Shown here one piece after another: positions 40,901 through 52,415 of a stretch of 64,000 nucleotides of DNA. The position numbers and the translations under genes are program-made. How positions within the stretch are numbered: position 1 is the stretch's first letter; each line of letters starts with the position of its first letter. The notes below the pieces were generated by a model that ran no database searches, was not told the origin of the DNA, and saw nothing but the letters and a program-made list of their open reading frames with translations. Origin of the DNA: Cenococcum geophilum (taxonomy: Eukaryota); assembly GCA_050273025.1 (NCBI GenBank), contig CP158635.1:1364001-1428000 (forward strand), read 5' to 3'.

Positions 40901-41764
40901 GTGTCTAGCGTTGTTACGAATGTGCTTATTAAGCTAAGATTATAGGTATTTAATTATGCCTTCTCTTTTAGTAACTATAGCAATTAGTATAATCTTAGCC
41001 TTCTTTAACTGTTAGATGTCGCGTTTAGACACGCGGAGGTTATCTTTAGTTTCTTAATATGTGTTATTGGCGAGCGCCTTACGAGCTTGTAGGTCTTAGA
41101 TAATATTGTAATCTTAGATAGTACGCATCTTAGCTCGTATAAGCTTTAGGTAATAGTTCTATAGAAGGCGGTAGTATTTATTAGGGTCTTATGCTACCAT
41201 TTTTATAAACGTCTCGGCGTCTCGTATTTTAATTTTAATAGGTAGTAGCCCTTCTATTTGCTTGTCCGTAGTTATATAGTTAATAAAAGATAAGACATTA
41301 TCGGTGTCCATCTCCTTAGGGGTTAAGGCTAAGGCTAATAAATTAAATTCTCCTAGGATTGATTGGCGTTGTAGGTTAGGTATAGGTATTAGATTATTCT
41401 TTAGGTTTAATATAGTAGCTAGTAAGGGATATCGTCTTACTATTATGGGTTCCTTAGAAGTATAAAGTAAGGTAATTTATAGACACGCTGCTTTTGGTAG
41501 CGCCTACAGTATTATAGAGACGTAGAATTGGTCGTAGGCTGAGCGTTAGTAGTAAAAAAGGCGTAACATAATGTTATGGGACGGGGGCAGTGGCTATAAA
41601 GCGTATGTATTCGAGGAGTCTACAAGACGTTGCGCGATCGATCGTAAGGGTTGAGGGCGTAAGGAGGTGATATACCTACGCGTAGCTAATATAAGCTATA
41701 CGCGAGGTATACGCGAGAGCACGGGGCTCTCCTATAGAGGCCCCTGTGATAGGGTTCCGTAACA
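34951..41764 (-). mobile_element. Chromoviral Ty3/Gypsy retrotransposon D nested in the AT-TSD transposon
   Basis: 193-bp LTRs at 34951-35143 and 41572-41764, TSD ctata, PPT complement (ccccccctc) next to 35143. RT (YLDDIL ~38470), RNaseH, IN and chromodomain remnants are on the minus strand. Confidence 0.92.
37661..38106 (-). mobile_element. TRIM (446-bp non-autonomous LTR element)
   Basis: 101-bp TG..CA LTRs at 37661-37761 and 38006-38106, identical except the terminal CA>TA. TSD taggt; PPT complement gccctctcctct. Confidence 0.93.
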
Positions 41765-41899
41765 CTATATATATAGTATTATATATAGTATTAGACATTA
41801 TATAATTAAACAAGTATAAAAAAAGGCCTAAATATACGTATATTTTAATAAGAACACAATAGGAATATATTTAGAATGTATTTTATATTTAGTATACTC

Positions 41900-44800
41900 A
41901 TTTTTATATATAAGCCTTTATTGCCTCTAGTTAAATTCTTTTTTCCATATTCTCTAGCTTTTTTACCTCTAATTTAATCTCTATTTTACGAAGTTTAAGC
42001 CTCTAGCGTCTTTTCTAAATATCCTAGTTATTACTTGGGGCCTAATGCTTTAGTAGTTGCGGGAGACTGGTGCTAATACGCCTAGAACGTATTAGTAACC
42101 GGTTACGTATACATTAGAATATAAATATACCTTATAATTCCTTAAATGCTATAGAGGATAACCTAAAATATAATGCAGATCTAGATCTTAGCCCCCTTAA
42201 ACATCAAGCAGAACTAAATCGTAACCTTACTATACCTAATAATAATGCACAAAATAAAATATTATCCCCGCTATTATTAGCAGCGGCCTACTCTAATTCC
42301 TCTTAAAGTTATTAACGTTTTTATTCTAAACGTGTTAGGAACCGGTTTAGAAGAGGTTCGCAATAAATATATACTCTTTTTACCTATATAGTTTGCATAC
42401 TAGGCCAATATTAATATATTTCTTTGCATATATTATATTCCAAACTAGCTCTAAGCAAAATACTAATTAACGTCCCGTTAATCTAGTTTTTGTGCGCTAA
42501 ATATAATATAAGTATATTATAAACGGGTTAGGAACGTATTAATACCTTATAACAATAGGAAGAAGAAACTAATGTATACCAAATGTATATAATTTATTTG
42601 CTATTTATTCTACTACATTTATATAGTATCTTAATCTATTAAATAGCTCGTAATTAACTAGAGAGCAGTGCATATTTAACCCTAAGGCAATAACTAGGTG
42701 TCTCTTATATCTTACCTAGTTAGCAACTAATTAAGATTCGTATACTATGCTATTAACACCTTTTAAACACATTATAAATGGGTTCAGAATAGCTTACTAA
42801 TTAGTAAATTATAGAGTTCTTTATATTCTAACTGGCTCCTATATATAAGAAGAGCTTTTATCCATTTATATACAGAGTAGGCCGTTTTATAGTTACCCAT
42901 AGCTCTTAAAATGCTTTATAGGAAGTATACTTAGTAGAAAACTAGTGTTTTCCTAAGATGCTATATCCAATTACGCCTCTAAGGATTAATATGCTGTAAA
43001 TACCACCCAAACCCTTTTATAATACGTTAGGAAGGCGTTCTAATTACGTTCTAGGTATCCTATTAGCTATTTACTTACCATTTATATTAGATATAATAGC
43101 TTTAAAGCCTCCCTTATTACCATAAATGTGTTTCTAATAAATCTGCTTCTAAAGATATTTAGAAAGTAATTAAAAGACTTACTTAAAGCATAACTGGTAA
43201 GTACGCCTTATTTCTATATTAGTAATAATATATATAAACGTAAAAACTATTAGAATATATTAGTATCGCGTTCTAAACGGGTTTATATTATATAATAATA
43301 CTTTTACTATAACGTATTCCACCATCGAGCCGGCAGAACCATCGAGCCGGCAAGTCCATTTCCCAACCAAAAATTATAAAAATCACAATATAATATCTTA
43401 ACAACCACTTAATAATAAATTCTAATAATTTAGATTTAGACTTTTATATACACTCTATAGCTTCTATTAAAGTTGCATAGTAAATAGTTTAGTAGTTTTT
43501 AAGATATAGTAATTTAGCTATATTTTGGCCCCCAAATTTTAATACCTTAAAAACTACTAAACTATTTACTATGCAACTTTAATAGAAGCTGTAGAGTGTA
43601 TATAAAAGTCTAAATCTAAATTATTAGAATTTATTATTAAGTGGTTGTTAAGAGATTATATTGTGATTTTTATAATTTTTAGTGGGGAAATGGACTTGCC
43701 GGCTCGATGGTTCTGCCGGCTCGATGGTGGAATACGTTACTCTTTAAGCTAAACAGCGAATATAATCTCGTTTATATTTCTTTTAACAATATATTTAAAA
43801 GATATATCAACTTCAAATATAGTTTAGGCTAAGAAGATCTTAGCTTGCTCTTATAAAAAGCAGATTATTATAACTCCATTTTAATTATTATAGATCTATT
43901 AAATATAAGCCTATAACGTATTAGCAAGCCTATTAAAACGCATTCGTAATATATTTATATACTATTTTAGGATTTTGATGCTTTTAATCAAACTTATATA
44001 CTACCCCTACTAGTCCTTTTCCTTTTGGGTATAAAGTAAGCTTCTCTTTTTAAATTAATCTAGTAATATAATCTATAGTAGCAAAGCTTACATAAATCTA
44101 TACTAAAGAGGCCTTCCTATACTCCATGCAAAACTGTTTAAGGGCAGGACTTCAAAGGAACTTTCCTATAAAGACATTAGGTATTTATTTGCAATTAGTT
44201 TAAAACGTATTTACTAAGAGTAAGATCTAGATTACGCATTTAACAAACTAACTTAATTACCTCATTTAGTATCTTTAGAGGCGGCTTATTTAGGGGGGGT
44301 GGTATATAACTATATACTCCATATAAGGTAAAATAAATATAAGAAGTTTCTTCTAATTCGTCTGGAATAAAAATATATAAAGTAACCTCGCAGTCCTAAT
44401 AGATAAGTTTCCCTGGTCCCTAAGGGTAGTTAATTCTTAGGAATACGTTACAGATACATTATAAACGTAGTTAGAACGCGTTCTAAGTAGGTTATATTTT
44501 TCTTACCGCAGTCTACCCTCCTATAGAGATTTGATTTAATAACTCCGCATTACTCCGTTACTTTATCATCTATATTACCTAGTTAAATAAGAGATATTAA
44601 ATACGCAGTATTATATTTCTTATTCGCTAGTAATACTTTTCGGAAGTACTCTAAATATATTTTTATAGTAACCTATATATAGGTAAGAAATAAGTGCCAA
44701 ACATTAGTAATATCCTAATGTAATTAGTTCTAAATGTAATTTAGTTGGGTTCTAAATATATTTAAGTAAAGTAATTACATACAGAGTATCTTTATTAGTT

Positions 44801-45350
44801 AATCATTAGTATACAAGCCTCTATTTAAGAGCTATATGCATTTCTAGCTTAAAATTGTCTTTAGGCTGCTAAAAACAAGCTTATATACATTAACTTAAGT
44901 ACTAAATAAATTTGGAACTAGTTCTGTACCTATTTATATTACGTTTACAAATATCCGGGTCGCTTCTATCTAGGGCTACCCGCTCTCTCTATATTAGACC
45001 CCACGTCTCTTTAGAAACTATAGTATATCTTAAAAATCGTAACAAATTCTGAAGATATTCGCATTATTTTACTCCTAAATAACGCATTTTATGTTTTTTA
45101 CCTCTTACATTTAAGAGAGCGGACGTTATAGGCTTAGGAGTATACACTTATCTAGTTCCATATTAGATCTAAACGCGTTATAAACTAGTTATAAATATAG
45201 TTAGAGTATAATTTAGATTTTTATTAACTTACCTGTATAGCTTTTTGTGCATCTATACCTCTTAAGTTAATACGGTAAGTATAACCTTCATTTAGCATCT
45301 ATAGGTACTTTAAAAGGCTTAAAGCTCTGCACGAAGCTCTATATATAGAG
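41900..45350 (-). pseudogene. RIP-mutated multi-intron DDE transposase with N-terminal Cys/His motifs and CxxH
   Basis: De-RIP readable motifs in order: GVK.CEYL (~45070), G.H.H.PPP (~44300), FEVD(M)SFK..NEIIFA (~43810), W.HIHG..AII.(DMD) (~43090), HLRKTLVF(CQVH)F (~42930), (W)VR(H)K..GLN.HCS (~42690), then a C-terminal coiled coil. The catalytic E was not placed with confidence. Confidence 0.75.
43312..43737. mobile_element. pogo/Fot1-type foldback MITE, 426 bp
   Basis: TA TSD and ACGTA termini; almost the whole element is one inverted repeat with a doubled accatcgagccggca motif. It is inserted in the transposase gene. Confidence 0.92.
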
Positions 45351-45384
45351 GCTCTGCACGACGGCTCTGCGTACGACGGCTCTA

Positions 45385-45560
45385 CTGCGGAGGCTCTATA
45401 TAAAAGCTTTGTGCAGAGCTTTGTGTAGAGCTTCGTGCAGAGCTTTATGCGGAGCCTCCGCAGAGCTTTAAGCGGAGCCTCCGTAGAGCTTCGAGCGGAG
45501 CCTCCGTAGAGCTTTGAGCGGAGCCTCCGCAGAGCTTCGTGCGGAGCTTTGTGCGGAGCC
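45385..45560. repeat. Tandem array of 23-bp (agagcttcgagcggagcctccgc-like) and 12-bp (agagctttgtgc-like) units
   Basis: Directly visible degenerate tandem copies at the 5' side of the transposase gene. Confidence 0.8.
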
Positions 45561-46665
45561 TTATTCCGCAGACTTGTCCTTAGGATATTTAGATAAAAGT
45601 AGTACCATTTTAAAGCGCTTTATAAGCTCTATAAATCTATACTAATAGAAAAATTATTTATATAATATTGGGGGGTGCATTATAAGTGTAAGTATATTAG
45701 GGGGTTTTGCTAAGACTATCCGGAGACTATCCGGATAGTCTCCGGATACTATCAGCTGATAGGTCTATTATCCAAGAGGCCTATCCGGCCTATCCTCCGC
45801 AGGTCTAAATCAGAACAACGCGTAGAATTAAACCATCAAATATACCACCACCATGCCTTCTAATCACGCTAGAATTAATGTAGATCTTGTTCAGAAGACT
45901 TAGTATAAGATTCCCCTAAATAAGACGGCGAAAAAAACCCCCCAGAAGCCTTGGCTACTCCCCGAATTGTGTATTCCTAAGCACGGCTACCGAATCCTAC
46001 CGATCTAATTGGTGGACTCTTATTGATAACCTGCGTGCCTAAGTTGACGGGTTAAGGGATATAATTGGATTATCTATAAACGAGGATCTAAAGCTAGAGA
46101 AAGGAAAGGAGAAGAAGAGTAGCGCCGCTTGATGTTTTATAAGATCTTCGCGTTACGTGACCGCAATATGCGGCAATTTATGGCAACTTGCTAGTACGGA
46201 GGACTATAAAGTTCTGCAACCAAGTTTTGCCATTTTCTGCCAGTGCCGTGATAGTAAAGGCATTTACTCCTAAGTTAGCTAAAGTAGTAGTTAAAACTTA
46301 ATATCTATTACGGAATAAAGTATAAGGGATAGTATGGCTCTTACTACTAATTAGCCGGCCTAGATTAATATACAATATATCGATCCCTTTTAACCCTAAA
46401 GAGGAGTCTTCCCCCAGGGTTTATCTTTTTCTATATAGCCCCACTTGGCGGCATTCCGGCATCAGTACTTTACACCTTATTAGGGACCTTTTGCACCAAA
46501 TTGACGCTAGAGATTGACGAGCCACATACGCTAAAAGGGGGCTTAGTAAGCAATTAAACGATGCAAACAGTTGATTTTTGAATCTATCGCCAATATCAAA
46601 ATCATTAAAATTTACTTCCATATCAACATATGCGCTTACAATGAACCACTAAATAGTCCTTCTAT

Positions 46666-49600
46666 ATGGCTAATATCATACGCTTTAACGGGGGCGACGT
46701 ATGCGACAATATTCTAATATTTTACGGCGCCCTTATATAAGAAGCCTGCCTTATAAAGCCTTTTAATTCAATCTGGATAAAATAGATGATCGCGTTGTGT
46801 TAAAATTTAGGTAAATATTAACACCACATTGCCTACCTGCTACTTGTCGCCTACTTACCTTATATATAGGTTCTTAAAGATTAAAATTAAGCTTCTTGCA
46901 GATCTTTTGGGCCTCTACCTTTATGCCTACTGTAAGCGCCGTCACCCTCATTGTAAGGCAGTATTGCTAGGGTGTATGGTAGGGAGCAGGCAAGCTGAGC
47001 ATGAGTTACATAGGGAGTCGATGGAAGAGGACGATATGGTAATGAGGGTAGGCAATAGCCTCGTATTGAGACGAACCGATAGGGGAGGAAGGAGGCTGTA
47101 AGCCCGAGGAGCTTATAAGGGGTGGCTAAGGCCTAGCCGAAGGCTAGCCTTAGCAGCCCCTAAGAGCTCCTGGGATGTAGCCGAGTAAGAGACCAAAAGT
47201 ACCCTTACATTGCCCCCCCCTTAGTTAGGGCTGGCCCCCAGCCCGTATCCCAATAGATTAATTCTATGTATAGAAAGGTAAGCAGTGTAGAAGCCTTGCT
47301 TGTATAGGGGAATAAAGAAATAGGGGAAAAGGACTAGCCAAGCAGCCTTAATAAAAACCTTAACCTATGGCTAAAACCCAGTGGGAAAAAGGGCCTATTT
47401 TAGGTAGGAAAAGAGCGTCTGCTGGTAGGGTAAGACTTAATCGTATATGATCAGTCTTGGAGACAATCGCCTGCGATTAAGTCTCGACAGCTCTATGGCT
47501 GACAGCCAGATAGTCTCCACTTGGAGCCGGCTTGATCGCAAGAATATCCCTTATATTCCCCCCCCCCCCCCTTTTTGCAGTCAACCCCCTCCATTACCTT
47601 GTGGTAGCGGGAGATTATAAAGGGCTCGTCCCGGAAGGGTTCGGAGAGATGTCGGGTCTTGTGAGCTTTTGAAGTAAGCTGGAGCTCTTAGAGCAACTAA
47701 AGCTTTGCAGAGATGATCGCGTAGGATCTTTGAGCCGTAGCTCTTGAAGCTGTAGCTATAGCTTAAGGATGGCATTTAACCGCAATAGGATCTTATAAGC
47801 TGAGCTTGTAACTTTAGAAGAGACAATCGCGTATGATTAAGTCTCGGCAGCCCTTTGGCTGATAGCCGGAGAGTCTCCGGGTCGGGCCGTAGCCCTTGAG
47901 CGATTGTATAGGATCTTTGAGCCGAAGCTCGAGGTGAGCCGTAGCTCTGAGAGACAATCGCCTGCGATTAGGTCTCGGCAGCCCTCAGGCTGCCAGCCGG
48001 AGAGTCTCCGGGTTGGGCCGTAGCCCTAAGGCGAGCCGTAGCTCTTGAGGTTGCATTTGATCTGGACGCGCATAGTAGTAGCTGTAGCTTTGAAAACTAG
48101 CCGTCAGTTCTTTGGATAGCCATTGAATAGTAATCGGATAGCCTCTAGGGTAGCTGTATCTCTTTAAGGACGTTCAACCTTCCAAGCTCTGTTGGTGGCA
48201 CTGCCCTGCGTAAGTGAACCGTGGTTGGCCTATAGAGTATTGCAAGCTTAATCGCGCATGATCCCCCTTGACTCCTGCTAGAAAGCCTTCGGATAGCAAT
48301 CGAATCACCTTCGGGTCGCCGTCGGGGCAGAGCTGCACCGCTGCACTGTCGATCGTATGCGGGTATACCAATCGCGTTTGGAGATGATCGCGTACGATTT
48401 GGATAGCCCTGACCTTTGGCCAGATAGCTACCGTCTTCCTTGTCTCCTGATCTGTATCTACTAACCGTAAGGCGGATGCGATCTGCTAGACTCTGCTGGT
48501 GTAGCTGCTCTGTAGCATACGCGATCGTCCTAGGTAAAGGTAGAGGACCTGATCCGTATTCCAACACCGTTATGTGGATGCGATCTGCCAGACGTCTTGC
48601 TGGTATACCTGCTGTGTCGCAGTGAACGCGATCGTCCTAGGTAAAAATGGAGGATCGTGATTTTGCTCGAGGGCGAAGCCCTCGGCTTGCTGCAGGCTAC
48701 TACCCGCAAGGGTATAGGATTGGTTTGAATGTAAGGCAGTATTGCTAGGGTGTACGGTAGGGAGCAGGCAAGCCGAGCATGAGTTACATAGGGAGTCGAT
48801 GGAAGAGGACGATATGGTAATGAGGGTAGGCAATAGCCTCGTACTGAGACGAACCGATAGGGGAGGAAGGAGGCTGCAAGCCTGAGGAGCTTATAAGGGG
48901 TGGCTAAGGCCTAGCCGAAGGCTAGCCTTAGCAGCCCCTAAGAGCTCCCGGGATGTAGCCGAGTAAGAGACCAAAAGTACCCTTACACCTATCCTGTTAC
49001 CGCCCTCTGTGTTGTACTCTACCGCCTTACCTTTCCTACGCGACTTACCAATATGGAGCTGTTTTTTGGGCGATCTTCTACTTGGCTCTCCCTTATATTT
49101 AATAACGTAGTTACCTTCCTTATAGAGCGCTTTTAAAAGCTTCTATAATGGCACCTAATACTTATATACAACTGTATTTAAAAATATACTTAAGCGCTTA
49201 CACCTTATACTACGGGGGAGGAGGTAATTTAGGGCTTTCTAGATGGGACTTTTAGAGGCTTTTATAGGCCTAATTAAAATTAGCAAGCCTTTTACTCTGG
49301 CTATAAGTATTAATACGGCTTTAAGTATTAAGCTATTATAGCCGCAGATGGTCTATATATCGCCTTACATGGGCCATATAAGGGTAAGGTTAACGATTTC
49401 TTTATAGTAATTAACTCCGGCGTAAAAGGAAGACTTAATAAGGTAAGCTCTGGCTAAAAATTATATAAAAAGCTTATATATAATACGCGGTATCGCGTAG
49501 GTAGGTAAGTCGTTAATTTTTAGTATAAAATTAATGAAATACCTATATACGCAATACTACGTATTTTGTTAAAACTAACGTGTATATATTCTAGATTTTT

Positions 49601-49960
49601 AAGGATCGCCACCCTTACTATTTGTATGGAGATCAAGCCTATAAATCACTTACTTATATCTTTGGGCCTTACCTAAGTTAATCCTTAATTATAGGCGATA
49701 AGCAATATATAAATAAGGAGCTCTCTTATATACGAATGTCGGTAAAGCACCTATTTAGGCTAAACTATAATCTCTAGTCGTCGAACGCTTATAGAGTAGG
49801 CCTTAAGTAAGGCATCTAACCTGTCGCAGCTATATTTAAAGTTGCAATTTTACTTACTAATTGCTATATGTATATAAGGAAACGTATAGTAGTAAATAGT
49901 TAGTATTAAATTGCTTTATTAACAATTAAGGAGTATTTAGAGCTGCCTAAGGAGATCTAG
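46666..49960 (+). pseudogene. DDE_Tnp_4 (Harbinger-type) transposase, RIP-mutated and interrupted by an LTR element
   Basis: ALCVVLYRLTFPTR..FGRS, I(W)GFLDGT (~49230), FYSG.K...FKY(Q)A..DG..GPY, LYGDQAY (~49630), RMSV(E)HLF (~49745), LLTNC. The frame is restored by removing 46952-48992. Start is approximate. Confidence 0.88.
46952..48987 (-). mobile_element. 2.0-kb non-autonomous LTR element (large TRIM/LARD-like)
   Basis: 258-bp TG..CA LTRs at 46952-47209 and 48730-48987 differ only by a few C/T changes. PPT complement gccccccctt lies after 47209. The 5-bp TSD is imperfect (ctcat/cctat). No retroelement protein motif was seen inside. Confidence 0.88.
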
Positions 49961-50399
49961 ATTTTTCTATAATCTTATATATTTATTCCATTACGTGTAT
50001 TTTTTTTTGCTCTAACTGTCGGAGCTGCTTAATATACGCCTTATATATATATTTAAAAGGTAGTATAAATATTAGATTGCTTTTGGTTAATATTTAACTT
50101 TAATCGCAATATTACGATAAGTAAAAATCGACTCTATAGTTATATGCGACCGTAATTACCTGCAATACGTGCGTAAAGGAAGCTTTTATCTCTTAATTTA
50201 ATTCAAATATATAAGCGACTATCTTTTATATAGAATTACTACCTAAATTAAAGCTTTTACTATAAAAAGTAGAAAGAATTAAAAAATAAGTCCCCCTCTA
50301 GTCGCAATATTATAAAATGCCTCCTCTACTATAATACTTCTTAAAAAATCACCAACGCTATAGTTATATATGGCCTAAATTTAACTTATAAAGTTTAAT

Positions 50400-52415
50400 A
50401 CTAATAATCTTAAAGCCCTAAAGTCGTGGTAATAAAAGAGGTAGTAGAAGAACTCCGTTTAATACTTTATAGAGGTAGATCTTATATTAGCGCTAGAGTC
50501 GGGTGTATAGGAAAGACAGTAGCTTTCTATACTTAATTAAGTAGCTTCTTTACTATTCTAAGTAGTTAATCCTAACGTTCCTCTATTATTCTAAGCCTTT
50601 TTTATAAAGGCTCTAAGCTTCCTCTACCTCTACTACTATCGCTATTACTTGGCCCAATAAGAGTGGCTATATAGGTTGAGAATGCCTTACTAGCTTCAAT
50701 ACTTATAATAGCTTTAGCATTTTTAAATCTACCGCGCCTCTGGTACTGGGGCTTTTAACGTATAGGCGCAGGCTTACTAATTGCATAAAGAGAGTCTGCT
50801 GGCCACTCTTATAACTTAGGAAGACTCTTAGTAAGGCCTATATCTACTGCTCGCTTTCTACTAAAGCTCTAGCGGAGTAGATCTTATTAGGTGATAGATA
50901 GAGTATACTTCTTCTTTAGGGTATTTATAGCGGCTTAATATTAAGCGACTCTCTCCTTATAGTTATTAACGATTTAAATCCATTAATCTATCGCGATCGC
51001 CTAATTGTTATTTTATATTTCGGTTCCTAATTCTACTTCGTAAAGCTAGGCGCGTTAAGCAGCCTCTATAGTCTTTATATTGGAGGTGGCAGATTAGGAG
51101 GAGTAGCTATAACCTATTTAAGTACTTAATTAGCCAACTACTGTGGTAAAGAACTTTATTTGGCCTTTGCTATATTAATTAGCTAAAGTAACGCAGATTT
51201 AGGCAAGGATAAGCTTTTCTTAATCGCTTAAAGGCCTACCCCTTAGTATAATAGGAGCTCGGGCTTCTACCTCTAGGGTAAAGCTTCCTTAAGAGCTTTA
51301 AGTATTTTAACCTCCTACACCTAGAGGGAGAGAAGGAGGCGCTATTATTAAAGTTCTTAATTGCGACCACAAAAGTACTATAGATTGTCGATTTTAGCGG
51401 GTATATACTTCTATATTAATAACTGCAGGATCTACCATAGTGTCGTTTACAATATTGAGTAATTTGCTCTCTTAGGAGGTAGTAAGGAGAACTCTACTAA
51501 GAGGTGTCGCTTAATTATAGATAAAGTAGGAGTTTTAGTAAAGGTTATATAGCTTATAGATATATTAAGAACGGTGTTTATAAAAGGAGTAAGTTATAGG
51601 GGTAATCTAGGGGAGGATTGGGTAACTAGTGGCTTAAAGGAAAGATTAATAGATCCGGTAAATATAAAGTTAGGATCCTTCTTATAATCGTCCTCCCCTA
51701 CCTTATAGTTAAAACCTTCCGACTTAGTATATACCGACTTAGAGTTGTTTTCTAAGCTTAAATAACTTTAAGGAGGCGTACTCTCTAGTTTACTACTACT
51801 TCTACAAAAAATAAAGAGGAAGGAAGGGAACTAAGTAAGGAAGTTAACTTGCAAGATCCTATTAATACGGAAGAGAATATCGTAATTTATCTGTCGCAAG
51901 ACCTAATTAAACACCTGTCTACCGACCTTAAAGAAGAGGTGTTAAAAATGAGTGGTAGGTTCCAAGTCTTTAATTATAAGGTCAATATATACCCGTTTAG
52001 TAGAGGGAGAAGCTAGTAAGGAAGACTTTGGTATAAAGCGATCGCCTAAGGAAATCGTAATCTCTTCCTCCTTAGTGCTCAAATTAATATACTTAACGGC
52101 GCCGTTACTAAATAAGCTCTCTCTTAAAGTCTCTGGCGCAGGCAACTGATATTCACTATATAGGCTGCCAATTAAGGAGTCTTTCTCAGTAAGATTAATA
52201 AAGAAGCCTACGGGGGTAGGCGCAGGCACGCGTACAGGCACAGGCACAGGCGTTGGCTCGTCAATCGGTGGAGAAGTCGCGACTTCTATAGGTAACCAAG
52301 GAGCTTTAGAATCTGGGTTATATACAAGGATTATATCAATTAAAGTAAATAACTAAATAGGAAGTTGCTAATTAGGGTATACAAAAGGCTTATAAGGAAT
52401 CTAAGAAGAAGGCAT
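50400..52415 (-). pseudogene. Harbinger-clan accessory protein with Myb/SANT-like C-terminal region, RIP-mutated
   Basis: Long minus-strand frame from ATG 52415 that includes track ORF 51942-52247. It reads RGRPLSD.EKLILA.IC..KFF..V and E.GTE..AID.WI.IV near 51250-50950, and is convergent with the transposase inside the TIRs. The domain call is by eye. Confidence 0.6.

Larger units (their letters stand above)
31843..46058. mobile_element. Unclassified two-gene DDE DNA transposon with 11-bp TIRs (CCCTTAACCCG) and 2-bp AT TSD
   Basis: Perfect inverted termini at 31843-31853 and 46048-46058, each flanked by AT. It splits a Gypsy LTR whose intact copy (56471-56707) reads gcctATacgattgg at this site. 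Native length is about 6.97 kb after removing the nested Gypsy and MITE. Confidence 0.85.
7440..46253 (-). mobile_element. Ty3/Gypsy LTR retrotransposon (outer host element, RIP-inactivated, fragmented by nested insertions)
   Basis: Minus-strand IN, RNaseH, RT (AYLDNII ~10100) and PR remnants at 7600-11620; gag remnants at 24095-25000 and 31290-31780. The 5' LTR is split into 31786-31842 plus 46061-46253. A diverged, deleted LTR-like copy lies at ~7440-7565. No matching TSD was found, so the two ends may not be one insertion. Confidence 0.8.

Noticed and set aside
31843..46058. piggyBac or Kolobok reading of the ends (TTAA + CCCG...CGGG + TTAA)
   Set aside because: The empty-site LTRs lack cccttaaggg, so the TTAA lies inside the TIR. 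The transposase motifs are not piggyBac-like. It is kept only as a less parsimonious alternative.
4860..46253. Centromere or subtelomere assignment
   Set aside because: AT-rich RIP blocks occur at many locations. There is no telomeric tandem array, and chromatin data would be required.
45385..48030. CRISPR-like array from the 23-bp and ~70-bp repeats
   Set aside because: Eukaryotic context, no regular unique spacers and no cas genes; these are TE-internal repeats.
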